A DNA stretch of 64,000 nt from Holophagales bacterium. GTDB taxonomy: Bacteria; Acidobacteriota; Thermoanaerobaculia; Multivoradales; UBA5704. Below, piece after piece: positions 1-9,412 of the stretch. Under the pieces are notes generated by a model, which ran no database searches, was not told the DNA's origin, and worked only from the letters and a program-made list of their open reading frames with translations. Within the stretch, counting starts at the first letter, position 1. Each line of letters opens with the position of its first letter. The translations under genes and the position numbers were made by a program. The stretch spans positions 5,773-69,772 of the forward strand of contig JANMTS010000109.1 of NCBI GenBank assembly GCA_031390755.1, read 5' to 3'.

Positions 1-760
1 TGATGTGGTGACGCTGGCGCAGGACCCGCTGGATGCCGTCCTTGATCTCGTCCACCCGCTCCGGGGACCCGGCCTGGAGCTGAAGCTGGACCCGGTCGCC
101 GGCCGCCCGGCCGAACAGCGAGACGGCCGCGTCGAAGGGGACGAAGACGAGGTCGTCGCGGTCCGTGCCGAGCGACTGACCCCGCTTCTCCATCACCCCG
201 ATGACCATGGCCGGCGTGCTGCCGATGTAGATCTCCTTGCCGAGCGGGTTGTCGCCGAGCTTGAGCTCGTCCACCACCTTGCGGCCGACCACCGCGACCT
301 TGCGCCGGTGCTGCAGGTCGATGCGGGAGATGAACCGGCCCTGGTCCACGGTGTGGTTGTTGACCTCCGGGTAGTCCGCGTTGACCCCCATGATGAACCC
401 GGGACGGTAGCTGCGGTCCCGGTACTTGGCGATCTCCGAGCCGGCGACCACGGGCGTGATCATCTGGATGCCGGGGACCTGCGCGCGGATGGCCTGGCCG
501 TCGTCCCAGGTGAGCTTGACCTGGCGCGCGATCTGGACGCCGTGCCCGCCGCCCTGGTTGGTGTCGGGGAAGACCATCATGTAGGTGGCGCCGACCCCCT
601 CGAACTCCTTGTTCATCATGGCCTGGAGGCCCTGGACGACCGACACCACCGCGATCACCGCGGCCACGCCGATGATGATGCCCAGCGTGGTCAGCACGGA
701 TCTCATCTTGTTGGCCCGGATGGCCGAGAACGCGATGCGGAAGTTCTCCGAGACGATCAT
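1..760 (-). CDS. ABC transporter permease, MacB/FtsX type (first ~253 codons; 3' end lies beyond the window edge)
   Basis: Absent from the ORF track because it runs off the window. My reverse-strand translation from ATG 760..758 reads [55 protein letters not shown]..., a typical MacB/LolCE/DevC TM1 plus periplasmic-domain start. Its start overlaps the upstream ATPase stop (ATGA). Track ORF 5..910(+) is its antisense shadow. Confidence 0.8.
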   Translation of the reverse strand, partial: MIVSENFRIAFSAIRANKMRSVLTTLGIIIGVAAVIAVVSVVQGLQAMMNKEFEGVGATYMMVFPDTNQGGGHGVQIARQVKLTWDDGQAIRAQVPGIQMITPVVAGSEIAKYRDRSYRPGFIMGVNADYPEVNNHTVDQGRFISRIDLQHRRKVAVVGRKVVDELKLGDNPLGKEIYIGSTPAMVIGVMEKRGQSLGTDRDDLVFVPFDAAVSLFGRAAGDRVQLQLQAGSPERVDEIKDGIQRVLRQRHHI

Positions 761-1476
761 GATCGGGTTCCTCCGGCCGCGCCGGTCCTGGCGCGGGCCG
801 TGGGTTGGTCGTCCATCACCTTGCCGTCGCGCAGCAGCACCTGGCGCCAGGCGTTCTGCGCGATGTCGGGCTCGTGGGTGACGAGCAGCACCGTGTTGCC
901 GGCCTGGTGAAGCTCGTCGAACAGATCCATGATCTCCTTCGAGGTCGCGGAGTCGAGGTTGCCCGTGGGCTCGTCGGCCAGGAGCAGCGAGGGCTCGTTG
1001 ACCAGGGCGCGGGCGATCGCCACGCGCTGGCGCTGGCCGCCGGACAGCTCGTTGGGGTTGTGGAGCATGCGCTCCCCGAGCTTGACCCGCTCCAGCGCCC
1101 GCTTCGCGCGGTCGCGCCGCGCGCGCCGCGCCACCCCGGCCTAGATCAGCGGCCGCTCGACGGTGTGCAGTGCGTTCGTGCGCGCCAGCAGGTTGAACGT
1201 CTGGAACACGAAGCCGATCTCCCGGTTCCGGATGCCGGCGAGCTGCGTGTCGTCGAGGCCCTGCACCTCCACGTCGTTGAGGCGGTAGGAGCCGGACGAC
1301 GGCGTGTCCAGGCAGCCGATCAGGTTCATCAGCGTCGACTTGCCGCTGCCGGACGAGCCCATGATGGCCACGTACTCGCCGCGCTGGATCTCCAGGTTGA
1401 CCCCGTTCAGGGCATGGACCTGCTCCATGCCCATGTCGTAGATCTTGAAGATGTCCCGGATCTCGATGAGGGCCAT
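757..1476 (-). pseudogene. MacB/LolD-family ABC ATPase interrupted by an in-frame TAG at 1141..1143
   Basis: The N-terminal half is [13 protein letters not shown]...[15 protein letters not shown] (Walker A)...HTVERPLI. The C-terminal half is AGVARRARR...[15 protein letters not shown] (signature)...[12 protein letters not shown] (Walker B). Both are in the same frame, separated only by TAG. Homologues read PLIYAGV at this position. Confidence 0.85.
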
Positions 1477-2750
1477 CAGTCGACCTCCACGCGGGTCTCG
1501 GTCTTGCCGCTGTCTTCCTCCTCGTCCTTCTCCTTGTCTTCCTTCTTCTTGTCCAGCTTCCGGTCCTCGGCGGGATCGGTGATGCGCACCGCCACGTCCG
1601 CCTCCAGGTCGCGCAGGGAGCGGTAGGGGCCGGTGATCACCTTCTCCCCCTCCTTGACTCCGGAGAGCAGCTCGACCCGGGTCTCGTCGGAGATGCCGGT
1701 CTTGACGCGGCGCTGGACCGCCTTGCCGTTCTCCACCACGTAGACCACGTCGGCCTCCTCGGTGGCGCCGGTCTCGGGGTTCTTGATGTCGCGCTCCACG
1801 ACCGCCTGGATCGGCACGACGAGCGTGTTCGGGTGGACGGCGGTGTTGATCTCCGAGCGCACCGACATGCCGGGGCGCAGATCCTCGTCCGGGTCGTCGA
1901 GCAGGATCTCGACCGAGAAGAAGGTCACGTCGGGCTGCGCCGGCCGGCTGAACCCCTTGCTGCCCACCTCGGAGACCTTGCCGTGGTAGAGCTTGTCGGG
2001 CAGGGCGTCGACCTTGATGACGGCGCTCTGCCCGGGCTTGACCAGCACCACCTCGGTCTCGTCGACGTCGACCTTGGCGAGGATCTCGGAGAGGTCGGCG
2101 ATCTCGCCGATCACGGACGCGGAGTTGTTCATCGTGCCGGAGACCACGACCTCGCCCTCCTCGGCGTTGAGCTTGATCACCCGGCCGGTCAGGGGCGAGA
2201 AGATGGTGGTCTTGGCCAGGTCGTCCTTGGCCTTCTCCAGGTTGGCCTTCGCCTGGAGGATCGACTCGTGGGCGTCTTCGAGGCGCAGCTTCGCGTTGGC
2301 CTCGGCCAGCTCCGCGGCTTCGAGCTGCTCGGAGGAGAGGATGCCTTCGCCCTTCAGGCGCTTGGCGCGGCCGAGCTTGTTGCGGGTGTCGGCGAGGCTG
2401 ACCTCCGCCTGGCGGACCTCGGTCTCGGCCTTGCGCAGCGTCGCCGCCCACTGGTCGCGCTGCGCGATGAACGCTTCCTTCTCCAGGTCTAGGAACGCCT
2501 GTCCCTTCTTGATGGCGTCGCCCTCTTCGACGTAGAGGTGCTCGATCTTGCCGATGACGTGCGCCGAGATGTTGACCTTGTCCCGGGGATCGATCTCGCC
2601 GCTCGCCTTGACGAGCCGGCCGATGTCCCTCCGGACGACCGGTTCCGCATAGACCTTGGTCCCCTTCTCCCGGTTGGCGCCGCGAAGGCTCGCGAACACG
2701 ACCAGGCCCAGCAGCGCCAGGACCACGGCTGCGATCAGAATGCGTTTCAC
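1476..2750 (-). CDS. HlyD/MacA-family periplasmic adaptor (membrane fusion protein)
   Basis: 424-aa ORF with a GTG start preceded by AAGGAG. It has an N-terminal TM ([19 protein letters not shown]), coiled-coil and barrel-sandwich segments ([16 protein letters not shown].., [12 protein letters not shown]) and a Lys/Glu/Asp-rich tail. Its stop overlaps the ATPase start. Confidence 0.85.
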   Translation of the reverse strand: MKRILIAAVVLALLGLVVFASLRGANREKGTKVYAEPVVRRDIGRLVKASGEIDPRDKVNISAHVIGKIEHLYVEEGDAIKKGQAFLDLEKEAFIAQRDQWAATLRKAETEVRQAEVSLADTRNKLGRAKRLKGEGILSSEQLEAAELAEANAKLRLEDAHESILQAKANLEKAKDDLAKTTIFSPLTGRVIKLNAEEGEVVVSGTMNNSASVIGEIADLSEILAKVDVDETEVVLVKPGQSAVIKVDALPDKLYHGKVSEVGSKGFSRPAQPDVTFFSVEILLDDPDEDLRPGMSVRSEINTAVHPNTLVVPIQAVVERDIKNPETGATEEADVVYVVENGKAVQRRVKTGISDETRVELLSGVKEGEKVITGPYRSLRDLEADVAVRITDPAEDRKLDKKKEDKEKDEEEDSGKTETRVEVD

Positions 2751-2759
2751 ACTATCTCC

Positions 2760-3476
2760 TTAACGGGCGAAGAGAGCCGCGAGGCCCAACTTGCCTCCGA
2801 GGTAGATCAACCACAACAGAACGACGATGACGGTCGAGACGGTCGTGGATACCTTGCCCACGATCTTGAAGCCCAGGGAGAGCAGGATGACGGTCCAGAT
2901 CGAGAACAGGTCCACGCTGCCGAGCAGGGCCCTGAGCGTCGCCGAAGCGCCCTCGGGAGCGAAGGCCGCGAGGCTCGATACCAGCACGCCCCCCTGGGTG
3001 GCTTCCTCGTAGGTGATCGTCGATCTCCCCATCAGGATGGGGACGTTGATCAGGGCGGCCAACGCCCCCGGCATGTAGCCGTGCAACGTGACCGCAAGGC
3101 AGCGGACATAGTCGACTTCGGAGCCGAACATCCGGAGAGCGCCCAGGAAGATCAGGGCGAGAAGGGCATAGACGAGCCCCTGGACGGTCACTCCCAGCGC
3201 GGACAGACCGATCTTCGCGCCGGTCGACCGGCCCTCGGCGTCCCGGATCATCTCCTCGACCTTCTCCTGGGGTATCTCCATCTTGAAAGAGGAGAGCTGA
3301 CCCCGGACCATCTCTTCGGGGTCGCTCCGGATCTGGACCAGGAAGCCCACGGCTCCGCCCAGCAGAAGGAGCACCAGCAGAGGCGCGACCCAGGTGGGAC
3401 GCGCCTCGATGGACCGGAACGTCTCTCCAGGTGACAGCAGGACGCCCAGCAGGCGCCCGAAACTCGAATCTTTCAT
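2760..3476 (-). CDS. Yip1-domain integral membrane protein
   Basis: 238 aa with GAGGAGGG before the ATG. The N-terminus FGRLLGVLLSPGETFRSI, followed by 5 hydrophobic segments, resembles the Yip1/YIPF family. It sits between the TolC and MacA genes. Confidence 0.65.
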   Translation of the reverse strand: MKDSSFGRLLGVLLSPGETFRSIEARPTWVAPLLVLLLLGGAVGFLVQIRSDPEEMVRGQLSSFKMEIPQEKVEEMIRDAEGRSTGAKIGLSALGVTVQGLVYALLALIFLGALRMFGSEVDYVRCLAVTLHGYMPGALAALINVPILMGRSTITYEEATQGGVLVSSLAAFAPEGASATLRALLGSVDLFSIWTVILLSLGFKIVGKVSTTVSTVIVVLLWLIYLGGKLGLAALFAR

Positions 3477-3504
3477 CGATGCCCTCCTCGGGCGTCCCGC
3501 AGGT

Positions 3505-5151
3505 TCAGCGGCCCAGGGAGAAGTTCCAACGGTCGATCGTCGGTTCTTCGTCCGCCACCTCGATCCCCTCCTCGTCCAGCAGGCGCCCGAGGGTGCGCTG
3601 GAATTCGGCGAGGGCCGTCCGGTAGCTGATGACCGCGTTGACCTCGCGGCTCTGGGCCTGGCTCAGGTCGTCCTGGATCTGGGTGATCTGGAAGCTGGTG
3701 GACATGCCGTTCTCGTAGCGCTTCTTCTCGGCGTCCAGGTTGCGCTCCTGGAACACGCGCGAGGCCTTGGCGGCGTCGATCTGCTTGGCCGCGGTCTCCA
3801 CCCGCCGCGCGGCCTGCCGCACCTCGGTGACGACGCTGTTGCGGGCATCGGCCATGGCGGCCTCGGCGCGCTCGAGGTCGAGGTCGGCGATGGCGCGGGC
3901 GGCCCGGGCGGCCCGGTTCTGGAGCGGGAAGCCGAAGATCAGCTCGCCGAACCAGCCCGGGAAGTCGAAGCCCCGGATCTGGCCGAGGGAGTCGCCGTAG
4001 GTGCCTGGAATGGTGCCGATGATGCTGCCGTCGTCTTCATCGCGCAGGATCACGTTGCCGCCGACGCCGGAGTAGTCGTAGCCGACCCGGAGACGGAGGG
4101 ACGGCAGCTCCTGGTTGCGGGCATAGGCGGCCTGGATCTTCGCCTGTTCGATGTCGAGCTCCTCCACGAGCAGCTCGGGGCGGCGGTCGAGAGCCTCCGC
4201 GATCGCGGCGTCCACGTCGATCGGCACATGCTGACTGGTCGGATCGGTGATGGGCCGGATCTCGGTCCCCCAGAGCTCGCCCTGGGGCAGGTTGAGCAGC
4301 CGGCGAAGCTCGTCCTCGGCATCTCCCACCGCCGACTGGGCGGTGATGATCCCCTCGTCGCGCTCGGCGATGGTGGCTTCGCTCTGCACCAGCTCCAGCG
4401 GCGGCATGGTGCCGACGTCGACCTGAATGCGGTTGCGCTCGTGCAGATCCTGGGCGAGCTTCAGGCTCTGCTGGGCGACGCCGAGCTGCTGGCGGGCCCC
4501 CACCAGATTCCAGTAGGCGTTGATGACCTGCTGCACGGTGTCGGTCACCTGCCGCTCGAACTCCTGGCTGCTCGCCAGGCTGCGGTTCTGGGCGATCAGG
4601 ATGTCGTTCTCGTTGGTGGGCTGGCCGAAACCCTTCAGCAGCTGCTGCGTGAAGACGAAGCCGAAGCTCGAGTCGAAGGCGGGGTTGAGCCGCGAGAACG
4701 CGTTGTTGTTCTCCGAGCGTGAATTGGTCCAGTTGACGGTGAGGTCGCCGCCGGTCAACAGCCGCTGCGTGACACCGAAGTTGAGCCGCTGCAGATTGGA
4801 CTGCGAGGCCTGAAGCGACGAGGTCGTTGGAGTCTGGGTGTCCTCGGCATAGGCCGTGCCGCTCAGCAGCAGGTCGTAGATGCCGAGGGTCTGCTGGACG
4901 CCCAGCTGGGCGCGCGTGCGGGTGTAGCGCTGGACGGCGAGGCCGAGGTTCTGCCGCAGGGCGATCTCGACGGCCTCCTCCAGGCTCAGGAGCACGGCGC
5001 CGTCCTTGATGTCCACCCCCTGCGGCTCGACCATGCCTCCGGTGGCTTCGACCCGGCGCGGGCCCGGGGCCTCCTGGGCCGCCAGCGGCCCGGCCAGCAA
5101 CGAGAGGCCCACGCAGACCGCCATGGCGCTGCGGATCCCTCTCGACTTCAT
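3505..5151 (-). CDS. TolC-family outer membrane efflux protein
   Basis: I start it at MKSRGIRSAMAVCVGLSLLAGPLAAQEAPG (signal peptide, GGGAGA upstream) rather than at the track's 5268. It shows tandem TolC repeat architecture (LSLEEAVEIALRQNLGL.., YPGWFGELIFGFPLQNRAARA..). Confidence 0.85.
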   Translation of the reverse strand: MKSRGIRSAMAVCVGLSLLAGPLAAQEAPGPRRVEATGGMVEPQGVDIKDGAVLLSLEEAVEIALRQNLGLAVQRYTRTRAQLGVQQTLGIYDLLLSGTAYAEDTQTPTTSSLQASQSNLQRLNFGVTQRLLTGGDLTVNWTNSRSENNNAFSRLNPAFDSSFGFVFTQQLLKGFGQPTNENDILIAQNRSLASSQEFERQVTDTVQQVINAYWNLVGARQQLGVAQQSLKLAQDLHERNRIQVDVGTMPPLELVQSEATIAERDEGIITAQSAVGDAEDELRRLLNLPQGELWGTEIRPITDPTSQHVPIDVDAAIAEALDRRPELLVEELDIEQAKIQAAYARNQELPSLRLRVGYDYSGVGGNVILRDEDDGSIIGTIPGTYGDSLGQIRGFDFPGWFGELIFGFPLQNRAARAARAIADLDLERAEAAMADARNSVVTEVRQAARRVETAAKQIDAAKASRVFQERNLDAEKKRYENGMSTSFQITQIQDDLSQAQSREVNAVISYRTALAEFQRTLGRLLDEEGIEVADEEPTIDRWNFSLGR

Positions 5152-5277
5152 GCGGTTGTCTCCCAAGCGGTTTGTCATGTGCTCCTCACCAAATGCGGTG
5201 GATGATGATGGACAAGGTTCAGGCGGCGCCGGGCGCCGGCTCATTGTGACGTACGTACGGCGTTTCAAAAGGTTACC

Positions 5278-6279
5278 TCATCCCACGGGCCCGAGGGCCA
5301 GCTCGCCCGGATAAAAGCAGGCGGCCCAGTGCCCCGGCGCGGCCTCGGCCAGCGGCGGGCGCTCCTCGGCGCACCGCGGACGCGCGATCGGGCACCGGGG
5401 GTGGAACGCGCAACCCGGCGGCGGCGCGGTCGGGCTCGGCGGGTCTCCCCGCAGGACGATCCGGTCCCGACGCTGGTTCCTCGGCCTGGGCTCCGGCCGC
5501 GGCACGGCCGAGAGCAGGCATACGGTATACGGATGAAGCGCCCGCGAGAACAGGGACATTGCCGGGGCCAGCTCCACGACCCGCCCCAGATAGAGGACGG
5601 CCACCCGGTCCGCGAGCCTCTCCACCGCCGCCATGTCGTGCGAGATGAGCAGCAGAGACAGGCCGAGCCGCTCGCGAAGGCCGGCCAGGAGGTCGAGGAT
5701 CTGGCCGCGGATCGACACATCCAGCGCCGACACCGGCTCGTCCGCGACGAGCAGCTCCGGCCCGGCCGCCAGGGCCCGGGCGATGCCGACCCGCTGGCGC
5801 TGCCCGCCGGACAGCTCGTGCGGCCGGCGCTCCGCCAGCTCCGGCCCGAGCCCCACGGCCGCGAGCAGCTCGCGCACCCGCGCCTCGCGGGCGCCGCGGT
5901 CGAGCCGCTCGTGGATCTCCAGCGGCTCGCCCACGATCGCGGCCACCCGCTGGCGCGGGTTGAGTGAGCTCCAGGGGTCCTGGAACACGATCTGGAAGCG
6001 CCGGCGCCGGCGGCGCAGCTCGCCCGAGGACAAGGCCAGAAGATCCTCGCCGTCGAAGCGCACGCTGCCCGCGGTCGGCCGGTCCAGGCGCAGCGCGCAG
6101 CGCGCCAGGGTCGACTTGCCGCTCCCTGACTCCCCGACCAGGGCCATGCACTCGCCGCGCCGGACCTCCAGGTCGACGCCGTCGACGGCCCGCACCGTGC
6201 CCGAGATCCTCCCCAGCAGGCCCCGGCGGACCGGGAAGTCCTTGCGCAGGCCGGCGAGATCCAGGATCGGCTGGCTCAC
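5278..6279 (-). CDS. Oligopeptide/dipeptide-type ABC ATPase (DppF/OppF-like)
   Basis: GTG start overlapping the upstream stop (GTGA). Motifs: [55 protein letters not shown], and a C-terminal oligopeptide-ABC 'HPYT..CxFxxRC' motif ([16 protein letters not shown]). Confidence 0.85.
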   Translation of the reverse strand: MSQPILDLAGLRKDFPVRRGLLGRISGTVRAVDGVDLEVRRGECMALVGESGSGKSTLARCALRLDRPTAGSVRFDGEDLLALSSGELRRRRRRFQIVFQDPWSSLNPRQRVAAIVGEPLEIHERLDRGAREARVRELLAAVGLGPELAERRPHELSGGQRQRVGIARALAAGPELLVADEPVSALDVSIRGQILDLLAGLRERLGLSLLLISHDMAAVERLADRVAVLYLGRVVELAPAMSLFSRALHPYTVCLLSAVPRPEPRPRNQRRDRIVLRGDPPSPTAPPPGCAFHPRCPIARPRCAEERPPLAEAAPGHWAACFYPGELALGPVG

Positions 6280-7154
6280 GGAGCGGTCTCCATGGTCCCC
6301 GCAGTCCCCGCAGGTTCCACGGTGGTCCGGGAGCCGAGCCGCGGCACGAGGGAGAGCAGCTCGCGGGTGCAGGGATGGGCCGGCGCGCGGAACACGTCGA
6401 CGACCGTGCCCTCTTCGACGATCCGTCCCGCGTCCATCACGGCCACCCGGTCGCAAGTCCCGGCCACGACGCCGAAGTCGTGGGTGATCAGGAGGATGGA
6501 GAGACCGAGCTCGTCCCGGAGCTCCTCCAGCAGCTCCAGCACCTGGGCCTGGATGGTCACGTCGAGCGCGGTGGTGGGCTCGTCCGCCAGCAGCAGGCTC
6601 GGACCGGCGGCGAGCGCCACGGCGAGCATGACCCGCTGCTTCTGGCCGCCCGAGAGCTGGTGCGGATAGTCGTCCAGCCGGCGGCGGGCGTCCGCCAGGG
6701 CCACCCGCTCCAGCAGCCGCACGGCTTCGTTGCGGGCCTCGGCGCGGGTGACGGACCGGTGCGCGCGAATCGTCTCCGCGATCTGGAACCCGATCGGCCA
6801 CACCGGGTCGAGAGCGGTCGACGGCTCCTGGAAGACCATGCCGATGCGGCCGCCCCGGACCTTGCGCATCTCGCGCTCCGGCAGGCTCAGAAGGTCCACG
6901 GCGTTTCCGGCGGTGTCTCCAGTGCCGCCAGTGCCGCCAGTGCCGCCGGGCGTGTGCAGACGGATGCGGCCGGCGACGCGGGCCGTCGGCGGCATCAGGC
7001 GGAGGATGGACAGCGCGGTGAGGCTCTTGCCCGATCCCGATGCTCCCACGAGCCCGACGATCTCGCCCTGTCGGATCGAGAGCGACACGCCGCGCACCAC
7101 CGGAGGCCCGGGAGGGAACGACACCTCCAGCCCGTCGATCTCCAGCAGGGTCAC
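6276..7154 (-). CDS. Oligopeptide/dipeptide-type ABC ATPase (DppD/OppD-like)
   Basis: GTG start at 7154 with GGAGG 5-6 nt upstream. Motifs: [65 protein letters not shown]. No permease or binding-protein gene is nearby. Confidence 0.85.
   Translation of the reverse strand: MTLLEIDGLEVSFPPGPPVVRGVSLSIRQGEIVGLVGASGSGKSLTALSILRLMPPTARVAGRIRLHTPGGTGGTGGTGDTAGNAVDLLSLPEREMRKVRGGRIGMVFQEPSTALDPVWPIGFQIAETIRAHRSVTRAEARNEAVRLLERVALADARRRLDDYPHQLSGGQKQRVMLAVALAAGPSLLLADEPTTALDVTIQAQVLELLEELRDELGLSILLITHDFGVVAGTCDRVAVMDAGRIVEEGTVVDVFRAPAHPCTRELLSLVPRLGSRTTVEPAGTAGTMETAP
6912..6947. repeat. In-frame 9-bp tandem repeat (agtgccgcc x3 plus one degenerate unit) inside the DppD-like gene
   Basis: ggtgtctcc agtgccgcc agtgccgcc agtgccgcc encodes ..[12 protein letters not shown].. 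on the coding strand. This is an insertion relative to the usual DppD sequence between the Walker A region and the FQEP motif. Confidence 0.8.
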
Positions 7155-7353
7155 TCCGCCTCCTGCAGCACATCCGCCATTCGACACCCTCCGAAAAGCC
7201 CCCAGGACGGCAGAGTTTAGCAGGTGCGGGCCGGCCCTCACCCGCTGTTTGCCTGCCTGCCGTGGACCCGGCGGGGTGAGGGGGGACGGGACCGTTCGGG
7301 CTGTGGTATACGTACCGCTCAAATCCGGTCTCCATCGCGAGTGGTGCATCACC

Positions 7354-9360
7354 ATGGAATCGACGCCTCTTGTGCAGCTCCTGCAGGGTCCGTTCAACTT
7401 TCTGCGTCCGGACATGGAAGAGGTCCGCCGCCTGGTGCCGGAGCTGCACCGCGCGCTCCCGACGCCCCGCCCCATCTATCTGGAGGACGAGAGCGCCACG
7501 CCGATCCACGGCTTTCCCATCCTCTGCTCGGCGAACATGGACGCTCTCGGCAAGAGCCTCGGGCAGTTCCTGCTCGCCGAGGAAGGCGCGCAGGTGGCCG
7601 CCGCCCGCCGCGACACCATCGACCGCAAGGCCTACGCCCAGTCCTGGGAGCGCTACTGCCTCCAGCTCTCGCGCGCCGTGGAGAACGCCACGATCTCCAG
7701 CTACGGCCGCCAGTACCCGGCCGTCTTCTGGCTCCATCACTCCCTGGAGATCGCGCGCATCCTCAAGGACACGCCGCGGCGCATCCTGCGCATCGACTCC
7801 GAGCTGGGGCGCCGGCACGGCGACACCATCAAGTTCCGGATCCTCGACCGCTACCTGGACCGCGTCCTGGCCACCACCTACGAGATCGTCCAGAAGGTGG
7901 CCGGCGCCACCGAGGAGGTCGAGGAGGAGCTCTTCCCGCGCCTCCTGACCCGCATGCGCGACAACGTCCTGGTCTTCACCGAGGACTACATCGGCCGCGA
8001 TCTGGGCGAGCTCACCAGCTATTTCAACGGCTCGCTCCACATCGATGGCCGGGACTTCCGGCAGCGCCTCGCCGCGGTGGAAGCCTGGCACGCGGCCCAG
8101 CTCCAAACGGACCCGGAGCTGCGCAGCCTCGCGGCCAACCTGCTGCGCCACGACCTCAAGGGCGACCCGCGCGACCTGCTGATCCGGCCGGGCTACATCT
8201 CCCATCTCGCGAGCCACAAGGCGTACAACGCCGCGAAGCTGCTGCCTCCCCCGCTGGTCCAGGTGTGGGAGAGCCTGCTGGTCAAGCTCAAGGAGTTCGA
8301 GCTCTTCCACAGCTTCCGCAAGAGCCTCGTGCCGGTCGACATCACCGAGACCACGGTGACGGCGCGCGAGACGCCAGGCAGCCGTTCGGGCGCGGCCCCG
8401 GTGCGCCTCTCCTACGCCACGCGGCCGCTCGACTTCCTGGAGCCCTGGGTGGTGGACCCGCGGGTCGAGCGCTTCGGCATGATCTACGACATCAGCGACT
8501 TCTCCCAGACCCTCTCCGTGCTCCACCGCGCCGGCACCGAGAGCCAGGACGACGCCTTCCGCAAGATGTTCCGCTTCCAGCGGCGCATCAACCGCCTCGC
8601 CCTGGCGCACCGGGTGAAGCTCGAGAAGTACCTGGGCGACGGCGCCTTCTACTCCTGCCGCGAGGCCGTCAAGCTCCTGATCTGCTCGCTCCAGATCCAG
8701 CGCCTCTACGACGAGGCGCTGCGCGAGGGTTTCCCCTTCGACCGCGGCATGCGCATCGCCCTGAACTACGGCGCCTACCGCCTGATCCCCATGGGCACCG
8801 GCCGGGCCGGCGAGGGCGAGCGCTACGAGTTCTTCGGCCCCGGTCTCGTCGAACTGTCGCGCCTGACCACGGGCAAGGGCACGCAGGAGATCGAGGAGGT
8901 CAAGACCATGCTGATCAACCAGGGCTTCTCCCCGGGCCACGTCCACGGCTTCTTCGCGCCGCTCGCCGAGAAGGACGTGGACGTCGTGGACAAGAAGGAG
9001 GAGTCCCGGCGCTTCTACGCCTATCTCAACCGCAACGGCACCCTGCACAACAACGGTCTCGTGGCGACCGCGCCCTTCATGCAGAGGTTGGAGAAGGAGC
9101 TGGGCCTCCGGACGCTGCACCGGGCCACCGACGGCGAGCGCGTCTACGTGCTCCTCGATGTCGAGGACGGCGGCGTCGCGGCGACCTTCGGCGTCCGCAA
9201 GCTCGGGCACGCCCAGCTCAAGGGATTGGAGAAGCTGCCCGTCTTCGAGCTGGTGGACGGAGGCGGCCTGGACCCGGCCTCGCACCAGGAGATCCGGAAT
9301 GAGACGCTGGGGCCGGCGATCGAGCGCGTGTTCACGAGCGGCAGTCTCAGCAGGAAGTAA
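7354..9360 (+). CDS. Hypothetical 668-aa soluble protein with a divergent class III nucleotidyl-cyclase-like (CHD) domain
   Basis: ATG at 7354 within track ORF 6730..9360. The N-terminal ~440 aa are helical and unrecognised. The C-terminal region has RFGMIYDISDFSQ (like vlFaDIvgFT), KLEKYLGDGAFYS (like KtiGDavma) and MRIALNYGAY...YEFFGPGLVELSRL (like iGihtG...GdtVNtAsRl, with the Asn replaced). Confidence 0.6.
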   Translation: MESTPLVQLLQGPFNFLRPDMEEVRRLVPELHRALPTPRPIYLEDESATPIHGFPILCSANMDALGKSLGQFLLAEEGAQVAAARRDTIDRKAYAQSWERYCLQLSRAVENATISSYGRQYPAVFWLHHSLEIARILKDTPRRILRIDSELGRRHGDTIKFRILDRYLDRVLATTYEIVQKVAGATEEVEEELFPRLLTRMRDNVLVFTEDYIGRDLGELTSYFNGSLHIDGRDFRQRLAAVEAWHAAQLQTDPELRSLAANLLRHDLKGDPRDLLIRPGYISHLASHKAYNAAKLLPPPLVQVWESLLVKLKEFELFHSFRKSLVPVDITETTVTARETPGSRSGAAPVRLSYATRPLDFLEPWVVDPRVERFGMIYDISDFSQTLSVLHRAGTESQDDAFRKMFRFQRRINRLALAHRVKLEKYLGDGAFYSCREAVKLLICSLQIQRLYDEALREGFPFDRGMRIALNYGAYRLIPMGTGRAGEGERYEFFGPGLVELSRLTTGKGTQEIEEVKTMLINQGFSPGHVHGFFAPLAEKDVDVVDKKEESRRFYAYLNRNGTLHNNGLVATAPFMQRLEKELGLRTLHRATDGERVYVLLDVEDGGVAATFGVRKLGHAQLKGLEKLPVFELVDGGGLDPASHQEIRNETLGPAIERVFTSGSLSRK

Positions 9361-9412
9361 GAGCGGAAGCAAGGAGCCGTTCCTAGGGTCGGCCTCTGAT
9401 ATCGTCCCCGCC

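Noticed and set aside
1141-1143. The idea that TAG is reassigned as a sense codon (it appears in-frame in the ATPase, between the Xre and RES genes, and in the 47.2-kb remnants).
   Set aside because: TAG terminates several genes at their expected natural ends (mlaE ..FFLTRALF, mlaD, the NRPS, the NTF2-fold gene, the TonB receptor). Ordinary stop usage with a point mutation is the simpler reading.
1141-2451. A 436-aa minus-strand ORF extending the ATPase N-half upstream through the adaptor gene.
   Set aside because: Upstream of MALIEIRD the translation is an Arg/Gly/Pro-rich repeat with no ATPase features. It overlaps the convincing MacA/HlyD frame (1476..2750). The ATPase start at 1476 overlaps the MacA stop.
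7354-9360. A Pycsar- or CBASS-type antiphage cyclase system.
   Set aside because: No adjacent effector is present (no cNMP-binding TM or TIR protein, nuclease or patatin). The neighbours are ABC ATPases and purC. The cyclase-like domain is only hand-aligned.
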